Part shown: in pieces, positions 6,986 to 17,561 of the stretch | How the letters are laid out: the number at the start of each line of letters is the position of its first letter | Position numbering within the stretch: position 1 is the first letter of the stretch | Assembly (NCBI GenBank): GCA_025357945.1 | Contig: JANYLJ010000056.1 | Span: 60,646 to 124,645, forward strand | Direction of reading: 5' to 3' | From: Gemmatimonadota bacterium | GTDB taxonomy: Bacteria > Gemmatimonadota > Gemmatimonadetes > Gemmatimonadales > GWC2-71-9 | DNA length: 64,000 bases | Notes under the pieces: model-generated | What the model was told of the DNA's origin: nothing | What the model saw: only the letters and a program-made list of their open reading frames with translations | Databases searched by the model: none | Made by a program: the position numbers and the translations under genes

Positions 6986-9521
6986 ACGCCGCCCGCCGTT
7001 CCCCGGCGTAGGCGAACGCCCGGCACCGCTCGGCGACCACGTCCAGGTCCACCGGCTGCCGCGCTTCGCCGGTTTCCATCGCCACCTTCGCCACCGCCAC
7101 CGCCACCCGCGGTGCCACCGAAAAGTCCAGCGCCGACGGGATGATGAAGTCTGGCCCGAGCTCCTCGTCTGTCACAGACGCGGCGATGGCGTGCGCCGCG
7201 GCGATTTTCATTTGATCATTGATCTGGCGCGCCCGCGTGTCGAGTGCGCCGCGGAAGATGCCGGGAAACGCCAGCGAGTTGTTGACCTGATTGGGGAGGT
7301 CGCTCCGCCCGGTGGCACACACCACGGCACCGGCCTTCTTCGCGTCGTCCGGAAAGATCTCCGGCGTCGGGTTGGCCAGCGCGAAGACGATCGCGTGCGC
7401 GTTCATGCTGGCGATCATCGCCGGCGTCGCCGCACCCGCCGCGGAGAGGCCGATGAAGAGGTCGCGCCCGCGCGCGGCGTCGCTGAGCGTGCCACGGACG
7501 TTGCCGCGGTTGGTGATCGCCGCCATTTCCTCCTTGATCCAGTTCATCCCGGCCGCGCGCCCCGCGTAGATGGTACCGGTCGTATCGCAGAGGATCACGT
7601 CGCCCACCCCCACCCGGATCAGGAGCTTGCTCACCGCAATGGCACTCGCACCGGCGCCATTGACGACGATCGAGATGTCGCGCAAGGCGCGTCCGGTGAT
7701 CTTGCACGCGTTCATCACGCCGGCCAGCACCACTACCGCTGTCCCATGCTGGTCGTCGTGGAAGATCGGAATGCTGGTCTCCCGCTTCAGCCGCTCTTCG
7801 ATGTAGAAGCAACGCGGCGCGGAGATGTCCTCCAGGTTGATGCCTCCAAACGTCGGCTCGAGTCGCTTCACGATCGCGACGATCTCATCCGGATCCTGCG
7901 TGGCCAGGCAGATCGGAAACGCCTCCACACCAGCAAACGTGTGGAACAGCACCGACTTCCCTTCCATGACCGGCATCGCGGCCCGCGCGCCGATGTTGCC
8001 GAGTCCGAGCACGGCGGAACCGTCCGACACAATCGCCACCAGGTTGCGCTTGATGGTGTAGTCGTACACCCACTCGGGATGCTCGGCGATCCACTCCGTC
8101 GGCTCGACCGCGCCCGGCGGCAGGTAGAACAGGCTCAGGATGTGCTCGTCAGTGATCGGCACCTTGCTCTTGATCTCGAGCACGCCCTGATAGCGCCGGT
8201 GGAGGTCGACCGATTGGGCGGCGTACGAGGCGGTCGAATCGACCGTGGCCAGCGGCACGGGGAAGCGGCCCTCGTCGATGAAGCGCCGGGTGCGCTCGGC
8301 GATCCAATCCGGGTCGACCGTCACCTTCGCCGCCCCGGTCGTGATCGCCGCCGTCGCGACCGCATGGGCGATTGCCGGGGCCGCCCGGAAGTCGAGCACC
8401 TTCGGGATGATGTAGTCCGCTGCCAGCGCGTCCGCGGTCACCACGCCGGCGAGCGCGACCGCGGCCGCGAGCAGCATCTCGTCATTCACCTCGCGCGCCC
8501 GCACATCGAGCAAGCCGCGGAAGAGCCCCGGAAACACCGACGCGATGTCCATCTGGTTGGGATACTGTGACTGCGCGGTGGCGACCACCGCGGCCCCCGC
8601 GGCACGCGCCGCGGCCGGCTCGATCTCCGGCACCGGGCCCGCGAAGGCGAAAATGATCGGACGCGTCGCCATGCTGCGAACCATATCCGGCGTGACGACA
8701 TCGCCCACCGAGAAGCCGATGAACAGATCGGCACCGCGAATCACCGTGGCGAGGTCACCCCGTACCCGGTCGGGATTGGTCTTCTTCGCCAACTGCCACT
8801 TGGCCCAATGCATGGTGTGCGGACGGTACGGCGACAGCGCGCCATGCCGGTCGCACACGATGATGTTCTGCACCCCGATCTTCAGCAGGATCTCGGCCGT
8901 GCCGATCCCCGCCGCACCGCTCCCATTGATGACAACCTTGAGCGCACCCGGCGCCTTGTCGACGATTTTCAGCGCGTTGAGCACGCCGGCCAGCACACCA
9001 ACCGCCACCGCCTCGCGGTGATTGTTGACCACCGGAATGTTCATCGCGCGCTGCAGCTCTTCGCCGATCGTGAGGCACGCCGGTGCGACGATGTCTTCGA
9101 GGCAGATGCCGCCGAACGTCGGCGCCAGTTCGATCACCGTCTCGACGATCTCGCTGATGTCGTGTGTGCCCAGGCAGATCGGCAGCGCATCGACGCCGGC
9201 GAAGGTCTTGAAGATGACGCTCTTCCCTTCCATCACCGGCAGGATCGCCTCGGGCCCGACCCGGCCGAGACCGAAGGCCGCCGATCCGTCGGACACGATG
9301 GCAACCGTATTGCCGCGCATCGTCTGCGCGAACGACTCGCTCGGGTGCTTCGCGATGTCGAGGCAGGGCTGGGCCACGCCGGGCGTGTACACGGTGCTGA
9401 GGACGCTGGCGTCCACAATGCGGACCTTGGAGGCCACCCCGATCAGTCCGGCTTGTTGCTGCCGGTAGGTCATCGCCTCACTGAGCGGCCGTTTGCCGCC
9501 GGGACTGGCTGATTCTGCCAT
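6975..9521 (-). CDS. Tandem-duplicated malic enzyme (two malic-enzyme units in one 848-aa chain)
   Basis: ORF 6975..9521. The C-terminal unit keeps the canonical motifs: VLGLGNIGARAAMPVMEGKSVLF, PTFGGINLEDI, FHDDQHGTA, NGAGASA, FALANPTPEI and GRSDLPNQVNNSLAFPGIFRGALD. The N-terminal unit is collinear, offset by about 422 aa, but degenerate: VNNHREAVA, FAFAGPVPEI and AQSQYPNQMDIASVFPGLFRGLLD. Confidence 0.85.
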   Translation of the reverse strand: MAESASPGGKRPLSEAMTYRQQQAGLIGVASKVRIVDASVLSTVYTPGVAQPCLDIAKHPSESFAQTMRGNTVAIVSDGSAAFGLGRVGPEAILPVMEGKSVIFKTFAGVDALPICLGTHDISEIVETVIELAPTFGGICLEDIVAPACLTIGEELQRAMNIPVVNNHREAVAVGVLAGVLNALKIVDKAPGALKVVINGSGAAGIGTAEILLKIGVQNIIVCDRHGALSPYRPHTMHWAKWQLAKKTNPDRVRGDLATVIRGADLFIGFSVGDVVTPDMVRSMATRPIIFAFAGPVPEIEPAAARAAGAAVVATAQSQYPNQMDIASVFPGLFRGLLDVRAREVNDEMLLAAAVALAGVVTADALAADYIIPKVLDFRAAPAIAHAVATAAITTGAAKVTVDPDWIAERTRRFIDEGRFPVPLATVDSTASYAAQSVDLHRRYQGVLEIKSKVPITDEHILSLFYLPPGAVEPTEWIAEHPEWVYDYTIKRNLVAIVSDGSAVLGLGNIGARAAMPVMEGKSVLFHTFAGVEAFPICLATQDPDEIVAIVKRLEPTFGGINLEDISAPRCFYIEERLKRETSIPIFHDDQHGTAVVVLAGVMNACKITGRALRDISIVVNGAGASAIAVSKLLIRVGVGDVILCDTTGTIYAGRAAGMNWIKEEMAAITNRGNVRGTLSDAARGRDLFIGLSAAGAATPAMIASMNAHAIVFALANPTPEIFPDDAKKAGAVVCATGRSDLPNQVNNSLAFPGIFRGALDTRARQINDQMKIAAAHAIAASVTDEELGPDFIIPSALDFSVAPRVAVAVAKVAMETGEARQPVDLDVVAERCRAFAYAGERRAALSS

Positions 9522-9554
9522 GGCGTCAAAACTAATCGCCGTGAAGTCCGCCGA

Positions 9555-9989
9555 TCACGACGCCGCGGCGATCTCGGCCGCCAGCGGTCGCCGCAGCCAG
9601 AAGAACCAGCCAGCGGCAGCGACCTGCAGGATCAGGCCGAAGCCGACGAGTAACGCGAGCGAGTGGCCATACAACAATCCCATCATGACGCTGCCGGCAA
9701 ACCACATCACGCCGTAGGCGCCGTTGAACAGGCCGAAGGCACTGCCGCGCTTGTGCATCGACACCACCTGGGCAATCCCGGCGCGCAATGATGCATCCTG
9801 CATACCGGGACCGAGGCCCCAGCACGCCACGATGAAACCTACCGGTACTGCACTCGCACCCAGCCCCTTCAGGAACGGGCCGGTGATGCTGTACGCCCCT
9901 TCGTACGTCATGTCGGCGAACAGCGAGACGAATCCCAGGTAGACGATGAAGCGGATCGCCGCGCTGCGCGGCGTGCGCTCGGCGGTCAT
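9555..9989 (-). CDS. MFS-transporter-like remnant (144 aa, possible in-frame internal deletion)
   Basis: ORF 9555..9989. The N-terminus (FVSLFADMTYEGAYSITGPFLKGLGAS) and C-terminus (HKRGSAFGLFNGAYGVMWFAGSVMMGLLY) resemble the first and last helices of about 400-aa MFS proteins. The middle appears to be missing. Confidence 0.5.
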   Translation of the reverse strand: MTAERTPRSAAIRFIVYLGFVSLFADMTYEGAYSITGPFLKGLGASAVPVGFIVACWGLGPGMQDASLRAGIAQVVSMHKRGSAFGLFNGAYGVMWFAGSVMMGLLYGHSLALLVGFGLILQVAAAGWFFWLRRPLAAEIAAAS

Positions 9990-10255
9990 GCGTCAGCTAC
10001 GGTCAGCCGGTTGATGACGATCACGATACCTCCTCTCCGGCAGGTTCGAAACCCGCCACGGAGCCTCTGCGGCTCGCCATCCCCGGTCCGTCCGCATAAG
10101 TTCCCGAGGGCGGGATCCAGCGGGGCCCCGCCGACGTATGGTTTCCAGCCGGTGCGGCGCAGCCGACACGTTACGTATTGCATCGTTAATGGGTCGCCCG
10201 CTGCGTCGACTGGCCGAGCTCGTTTCTCTTCTCTTCGGTGCACCGGAAAGGATTC

Positions 10256-11407
10256 ATGACCGCTACGACAATCACCTTCCCCCGGCGGGGTGCGGAAGAG
10301 TTTATCCGCGACGTCAAGGCACGGGTGACCGGTCATTTCACGGCGACGGGCCAGTCGATGAAGGCGGACTGGACGATGTGGCTCAAGACGGCCATCCTGC
10401 TGGCGATGGTCTTCGGCTCCTACGCCGCGATCCTGTCGAACCAGCTGAGCCTGCTCGCGATGCTCGGCCTCTGCTTCGTGATGGGCGTGGGCGTGGCCGG
10501 GATCGGCTTCGGGATTTCGCACGACGCCCTGCACGGCGCGTATTCGTCGAACGCCACGGTGAATCGCCTGCTCGGTTTCACCTTCGACCTGCTCGGCGCG
10601 AACAGCTACATGTGGAAGCTGACGCACAACGTCATTCACCACACCTACACGAACATCGAGGGCGTGGACGAGGACATCGACTTCGCGCCGTTCCTCCGCC
10701 TCTCGCCGCACGCGAAGCATGGTCCACAGCATCGCTACCAGCACCTGTACGGCTTCGCGACCTACAGCATCGCCACGCTCTTCTGGGTGTTCATCAAGGA
10801 CTACAAGTACTTCCTCAAGCGCGACCTCGGGCCCTACAAGAACAAGAAACACCCCGGCAGCGAAGTGGCCTTGCTGTTCGTTGGCAAGCTCGCCCACTAC
10901 AGCTGGCTGATCGTCATCCCGTTGCTGGTCCTGCACGTGACGTGGTGGCAGTTCCTGATCGGCTTCCTGACGGTTCACCTGACCGGCGGACTGATCCTCG
11001 GCGTCGTCTTTCAATTGGCCCATGTGGTGGAAGGCACCGACTATCCGCTCCCCGATGCCACCGGCTCGATGGAATACACCTGGCTGCTGCACGAGATGGT
11101 CACCACGGCGAATTTCGCGCCGAATAACAAGCTGGTGGGTTGGTATGTCGGCGGGCTGAACTACCAGATCGAGCACCACCTCTTCCCGAAGATCTGCAGC
11201 ATCCACTATCCGGCCATCAGCAAGATCGTCCGCGCAACGGCGGAAGAACACGGCGTGCCGTACAATTCACAGCCGACGCTTCGCGCCGCCGTCCGTTCGC
11301 ACTATCGCATGCTGAAGCAGCTGGGCCGCGATCCGGGCATGGCAACGAGCACCGCACCGGTGGCCAGTCGGTGGCAGCATCGCGCGACGGCGGCGGCCGG
11401 GAAGTAA
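10256..11407 (+). CDS. Membrane fatty-acid desaturase (front-end/Delta6-like His-box pattern)
   Basis: Part of ORF 10238..11407. ATG at 10256 follows GGAAAGGA. His boxes are HDALH, HNVIHH and QIEHH. Four or more TM segments. No cytochrome b5 domain. Confidence 0.9.
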   Translation: MTATTITFPRRGAEEFIRDVKARVTGHFTATGQSMKADWTMWLKTAILLAMVFGSYAAILSNQLSLLAMLGLCFVMGVGVAGIGFGISHDALHGAYSSNATVNRLLGFTFDLLGANSYMWKLTHNVIHHTYTNIEGVDEDIDFAPFLRLSPHAKHGPQHRYQHLYGFATYSIATLFWVFIKDYKYFLKRDLGPYKNKKHPGSEVALLFVGKLAHYSWLIVIPLLVLHVTWWQFLIGFLTVHLTGGLILGVVFQLAHVVEGTDYPLPDATGSMEYTWLLHEMVTTANFAPNNKLVGWYVGGLNYQIEHHLFPKICSIHYPAISKIVRATAEEHGVPYNSQPTLRAAVRSHYRMLKQLGRDPGMATSTAPVASRWQHRATAAAGK

Positions 11408-11492
11408 GCGGTCTCACCGCTTACCGCGTCGCGGCCGCAGCGCACTCCACGGGGCCAGCGAAACGACCATACCAGTGCCACCATATTGCGGC

Positions 11493-11837
11493 ATGAGCGA
11501 TCGAGTTGCCCAACGCGACCTCACGGTGCACGGCATCGCCCTCGAGGCGCAAACGCGCTGCAGCCACTATCACGGGCCACTCGACATCATCGCGATTCGA
11601 ATGAAGTGCTGCGGCGCGTACTACGCCTGTCGGTCCTGCCATGACGCCCTCGCCGATCACACGGTCGACGTGTGGTCAATGGCAGAAGGCGATCAGCCGG
11701 CCGTGCTCTGTGGTGCGTGCCGAACCGAGCTGACCATCAACGAATACTGCCGCAGCGGCGACCAGTGCCCGAACTGCGGCGCCGGCTTCAATCCGGGATG
11801 TCGCTCGCACCACCAGCTGTACTTCGCAAGCAGTTGA
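11493..11837 (+). CDS. CHY-type zinc-finger protein
   Basis: Part of ORF 11475..11837. The Cys/His pattern is CSHYH...CCGAYYACRSCHD...CGAC...CPNCGAGFNPGCRSHH. Start is either GTG 11475 or ATG 11493. Confidence 0.75.
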   Translation: MSDRVAQRDLTVHGIALEAQTRCSHYHGPLDIIAIRMKCCGAYYACRSCHDALADHTVDVWSMAEGDQPAVLCGACRTELTINEYCRSGDQCPNCGAGFNPGCRSHHQLYFASS

Positions 11838-11925
11838 CCTGCGCCAGTACCGCCAACACCGGGCGGGAAACCGCTTGCCCCCCACGAGCGTATTAGTAGC
11901 GGACATCACATCACGGAGCAGAACA

Positions 11926-12588
11926 ATGTTGCAGCGCAGATTGGAACGCATCACTGGAGTCGTCGCACTTGTCGTCGCGGCCGTGGTCATCTCGGGCACC
12001 CCCGCGGCGGCGCAAGCGCGACCCGCGGCGGCGCCCGCCAAGGCCGCGGCTCGCGACACCGTCGTGTTCGCGGGCGGCTGTTTCTGGGGCGTCCAGGCGG
12101 TATTCGCCCGGGTGAAGGGCGTGGTCAGTTCGCTTTCCGGATACGCTGGCGGCCAGCCCGCGAACCCGAGCTACGAAAAGGTCAGCACCGGTACAACGGG
12201 GCACGCCGAGTCGGTGCAGGTGATCTATGATCCGACGAAGGTGACCTACCAGCAATTGCTCGAGGTGTTCTTCGCCGTCGCCCACGATCCGACCGAGCTG
12301 AACCGCCAGGGCCCCGACGTTGGCACGCAGTATCGCTCGGCGGTGTTCTTCGGGAACCCCGACCAGCAGCGGGCGACCAGCGCGTACATCGCCAGGCTGA
12401 CCCAGGCCAGGACTTACCCGCATCCGATCGTGACGCAGGTGGCCGCGCTCAGCACGTTCTACCCCGCGGAGGGCTACCACCAGAACTATTTTGACACGCA
12501 TCCGGACCAGCCCTACATCGTGTATAACGACAAGCCCAAGGTGGAGCACCTGCGGCAGCAGTTCCCGCAGTTGTATCTGGCGAAGTAG
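11926..12588 (+). CDS. msrA: Peptide-methionine (S)-S-oxide reductase MsrA, secreted form
   Basis: Part of ORF 11875..12588. ATG at 11926 follows GGAGCA and gives the signal peptide MLQRRLERITGVVALVVAAVVISGTPAAAQA. The active site is VVFAGGCFWGVQAVF. Confidence 0.9.
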   Translation: MLQRRLERITGVVALVVAAVVISGTPAAAQARPAAAPAKAAARDTVVFAGGCFWGVQAVFARVKGVVSSLSGYAGGQPANPSYEKVSTGTTGHAESVQVIYDPTKVTYQQLLEVFFAVAHDPTELNRQGPDVGTQYRSAVFFGNPDQQRATSAYIARLTQARTYPHPIVTQVAALSTFYPAEGYHQNYFDTHPDQPYIVYNDKPKVEHLRQQFPQLYLAK

Positions 12589-12673
12589 CTTGGGATCTGG
12601 AGACTCGTGCAGCCCGGACCCGGCCGAGCGTCTCCCAGCACGTGGTTCTCACCCTTACTGCGGAGACGCATCC

Positions 12674-12823
12674 ATGTTCGCCATGCTAGCCGTCATACTG
12701 ATCGTGGCCTGGCTCCTCGGCTTCGGCGTATTCCACGTCGCCGGCGGGTTGATTCACATCCTGATCGTGGTCGCCCTGATTTCGTTCGTGTGGCACCTGT
12801 TCCGCGGACGCAAGGCCATCTGA
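12674..12823 (+). CDS. Small two-TM membrane protein (lmo0937/DUF5670-like, 49 aa)
   Basis: In-frame ATG inside ORF 12491..12823 gives MFAMLAVILIVAWLLGFGVFHVAGGLIHILIVVALISFVWHLFRGRKAI. GGAGAC lies 8 nt upstream. Confidence 0.6.
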   Translation: MFAMLAVILIVAWLLGFGVFHVAGGLIHILIVVALISFVWHLFRGRKAI

Positions 12824-12847
12824 ACGGCGCGGGCTGGGCGCTGGGGG

Positions 12848-14418
<1,571 letters not shown>

Positions 14419-14422
<4 letters not shown>

Positions 14423-15318
14423 GTGCGCTTGACCGCGTGACCGCCGAACTCATTCCGCAACGCCGCGATCACCTTCGCCGAGAACGATTCCTGCTGTCGC
14501 GAGCGCAACCGCGCCAGCAACGACAAGGTGATCACCGGCGCCGGCACGTCGAGCCGCATCGCCTCGTCCACCGTCCATCGCCCCTCGCCCGAGTCATCGA
14601 CGTACCCGCGCAGGTCGGCCAGGTCGCCGCTCTTGGCGAATGCCCGCTCGGCCAGCTCGTTGAGCCACGAGCGCACGACGCTCCCCTGATTCCAGAGCGC
14701 GGCGATCTGGTGCAGGTCGAGCGCGAAGTCGTTCGACGCATGCAGGATCTCGTAGCCCTCGGCGTAGGCCTGCAGCAAGCCGTACTCAATACCGTTGTGG
14801 ATCATCTTGACGTAGTGACCGGAGCCCGGCGGACCCATGCGCGCGTAGCCGTTCTCGGGGGCGAGCGTCCTGAAGATCGGCTCGCAGGTGCCGAACGCAG
14901 CCGCGGAGGCGCCCACCATCAGGCAGTAACCGACTTTGAGGCCCCAGACACCGCCGCTGGTGCCGGCGTCGATGAAGTCGACCCCCTTCCCGTTCAACGC
15001 CTCGGCCCGCCGCATCGAATCGCGGAAGTTCGAGTTGCCGCCGTCGATCACGATGTCGCCGGGCTGCAGAAGACCCGAGAGTTCGTCAATCGTCTGTTGC
15101 GTCGGGGCGCCGGCGGGGACCATCACCCATACCACGCGGGGTACGCTCAACTGTGAGCACAGCGCAGCGAGATCCGCGGCGCCGCTGGCACCCTTGGCAA
15201 CCGACGCCGCCACGGCGTCGACGCTACGATCGTACACGACAACTTCGTGGCCGCCGCCGAGGAGGCGTTCGACCATGTTACCGCCCATCCTGCCGAGGCC
15301 GATCATTGCGAGCCGCAT
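14419..15318 (-). CDS. gnd: 6-phosphogluconate dehydrogenase (short, decarboxylating type)
   Basis: ORF 14419..15318. N-terminal Rossmann motif MRLAMIGLGRMGGNMVERLL, plus GGNSNFRDS and VKMIHNGIEYG. Confidence 0.9.
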
Positions 15319-15321
15319 GAG

Positions 15322-16029
15322 TCAGGTATCCCCTTGTTGCAGGTGCCCGGCCGCGGCCTGGTCAAGGACCCAGGTTCCCGAGCGGGCGAGTTGTGCCGGC
15401 AGCGTGTTCGGCTGATCCGGACCTTCGAGTATGCGCGCCAGCAGTGCCGCCTTGTCGGCGCCGGCAACCATCACCAGCACTTGGCGCGCCGCGGCAATTA
15501 CCGACGGCGTGATCGTCATCCGCCTGACCTGCGGCTGAAGTGGTGGCGGCGGTGAAGCGACTGCCAACACGCGGCGATTGACTTCCAGCAACGCCGACGA
15601 GTTCGGAAAGAGCGAAGCGGTATGGCCGTCCGGTCCAACCCCGAGGAGGAGGAGGTCGAGTCGCGGCGGCAGCAGACGATCGTACTCCGTCGCCGCAGCA
15701 TCGACGTCCTGGCGTTCGGCCGCCATCCGGTGGATGCGTTGCACCGGGATTGCCACACGGTCGAGCAGCGCCTCACGCGCCATCCTGAAATTGCTGTCGG
15801 GATGCCCCGGGGGAACGGCCCGTTCATCGCCGAAGTAGATCGCGACATTCGCCCAGCGGATCGCGCTCGCCGCCAACGTCTGGTAGACCAGGACCGGCGT
15901 GCTGCCACCGCAGAGGGCCAACCCGCACTCGCCGCGCGCCGCGATTGCCGCGGCGATGCCCGCCATGATCATTCGTGCGGCGGTGCCCGCGAACGTTTCC
16001 GATGCCACGACGATTACCGATGGCGCCAT
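15322..16029 (-). CDS. pgl: 6-phosphogluconolactonase
   Basis: ORF 15322..16029. Contains LALCGGSTPVLVYQ and LLLLGVGPDGHTASLFP. First gene of the pgl-gnd-zwf operon. Confidence 0.9.
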   Translation of the reverse strand: MAPSVIVVASETFAGTAARMIMAGIAAAIAARGECGLALCGGSTPVLVYQTLAASAIRWANVAIYFGDERAVPPGHPDSNFRMAREALLDRVAIPVQRIHRMAAERQDVDAAATEYDRLLPPRLDLLLLGVGPDGHTASLFPNSSALLEVNRRVLAVASPPPPLQPQVRRMTITPSVIAAARQVLVMVAGADKAALLARILEGPDQPNTLPAQLARSGTWVLDQAAAGHLQQGDT

Positions 16030-16224
16030 CGGTGAAGGATAGTGCTCAGCCGCGGGAACGGAAAAGCGCGATGGCCTCGAGCAGGATCAGCACGCCGATC
16101 ACCACACCGATCCAGCGAAGCAGGCGCCGGTGCTTGGCGCCGCGCTCCCGCTTCAGGTCGTCAAGCACCTGGGGAAGAAGCAGCGGTCGCGGTACGTGCG
16201 GGCGATACGAACGACGCGGCGGTT

Positions 16225-17361
16225 TCAACCGAGGAAAGGTACCGGCACGAACGTCAGTGCGAAGACCGCCACGCACGCCAACCCGGTCAGCCGCCCGCCC
16301 CACAGGACCGGTCGGTCCGGGATCACGACCTCCGGATGGCTCCACTTGCCGCCGCCGATCGCGAACGTCAGCGCTGCCCACAGGTACCACATCGGCGAGC
16401 GGGTGCCGAGCACCACCAATCCGGCCGCACAGGCCATCGCGATCCAGCGCTGCCGCTTGCCGGCGAGGCCATAGACAACGTGTCCGCCATCGAGTTGCGA
16501 AAGCGGCAGCAGGTTGAGCCCCGTGATGAATAACCCGACCCATCCGGCGAACGCCTGCGGCGCGAGGAGCACCGCCCCATGTCCCGGAATGAGCCACTCG
16601 CGCAACGCATGGCTCAGGATGGAGTCACCAAGGAACACGGGCCGGCCGGCAAACAGAACGAATGACGGTGTCGCCGCCCCGGCCAGCCCGGCGCGTTGCG
16701 ACAACTGGTAGCCCCACAGCAGCACGCCGACCGCGACCAGAAACCCGGCCAGCGGACCCGCCGCACCAACATCAAGCAGCTGGCGCCGGTCATAGACCGG
16801 GCTCCGCAACCGGATGAATGCGCCGAGCCCACCGATCGGCGAGAGGTTGGGCGGCACCGGAATGAAGTAGGGCGGTGACACATCGATGGCATACCGGCGC
16901 GCCGCGAAATAGTGCCCCAATTCGTGGACCAACAGGATGCCGAGCAACGGCGCCGCGAACTCCCAGCCATACTCGAGCAGCATCCGCCAGCCACCCGTGA
17001 CCACAAATTCGCCGAACTCGATTACCCCCGTCACCGCCCCGCCGAGGCCCGGATGGGCCGACGGCCGGAGGTGGCCGGACACGACCGCGCCGGCGCCAAG
17101 GGTGCACAGGACAAAGAGCACCAGCAGGGCGCCGTGCCAGAGCCAGCGTTCCGGGCGGGCAGCGGCGGCACCGCGAATCAGGATCAGCCGGGTCCTGGCG
17201 TCGTCACCCCAGTACCAGGCGCCGGGCCATCGGCGCAGGAACGCCGCCAGCTCCGGGCTCGGCCCCCGGTGCTCGGGGCGGACCACGCCGTCGAGCACGT
17301 CGCGTGTCCCGGCAAGCGAAATCGACCGCCACCCCTCGAAGAAACCGGTCGGGTCGGTCAT
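16225..17361 (-). CDS. Site-2 protease family (M50) membrane metalloprotease
   Basis: Part of ORF 16225..17424. HExxH motif in [15 protein letters not shown]. Polytopic. Preferred start is ATG 17361 ([10 protein letters not shown]), with 17424 as the alternative. Confidence 0.85.
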   Translation of the reverse strand: MTDPTGFFEGWRSISLAGTRDVLDGVVRPEHRGPSPELAAFLRRWPGAWYWGDDARTRLILIRGAAAARPERWLWHGALLVLFVLCTLGAGAVVSGHLRPSAHPGLGGAVTGVIEFGEFVVTGGWRMLLEYGWEFAAPLLGILLVHELGHYFAARRYAIDVSPPYFIPVPPNLSPIGGLGAFIRLRSPVYDRRQLLDVGAAGPLAGFLVAVGVLLWGYQLSQRAGLAGAATPSFVLFAGRPVFLGDSILSHALREWLIPGHGAVLLAPQAFAGWVGLFITGLNLLPLSQLDGGHVVYGLAGKRQRWIAMACAAGLVVLGTRSPMWYLWAALTFAIGGGKWSHPEVVIPDRPVLWGGRLTGLACVAVFALTFVPVPFLG

Positions 17362-17369
17362 CGGGCGGC

Positions 17370-17398
17370 TTGACGCGAGGTGGGCGGGACCGTATTGT
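17370..17398 (+). promoter_or_regulatory. Candidate sigma-70 promoter for rho (TTGACG-N17-TATTGT)
   Basis: TTGACG at 17370-17375, a 17-nt spacer, then TATTGT at 17393-17398. Lies about 165 nt upstream of the rho GTG start and just outside the divergent M50 gene. Confidence 0.45.
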
Positions 17399-17561
17399 CT
17401 GTTGCTTCCTGCAGTTCCGCACAACGTCCCTTCGCTTCTTCCGCGCGTACCGCGCGAGTCTCATACGCCAGATACGCTCGACACTCGATCATCAGACGCT
17501 CCGCCATCCCGGCCTTTCTTGGCGCCAGCCTGCGGCGGGAAAACTCCACCCGGAGAGCACC

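Noticed and set aside
10040-10060. tRNA-like GGTTCGAAACC motif upstream of the desaturase gene.
   Set aside because: The T-stem has a central mismatch, and no complementary acceptor-stem sequence lies about 65 nt upstream.
9986-11251. Long ORFs antisense to, or overlapping, well-supported genes. Examples: 9986..11251(-), 7191..8570(+), 13082..14440(+), the 5' two-thirds of 20423..22216(-), 23293..24927(-), 30629..32068(+), 32393..34201(-), 46496..47875(-), 49985..51283(-), 61463..62974(+).
   Set aside because: Their translations are Arg/Pro/Gly/Ala-rich low-complexity strings with no recognisable motifs. Each lies opposite a gene with clear family signatures. Such shadow ORFs are expected in GC-rich DNA, where stop codons are rare.
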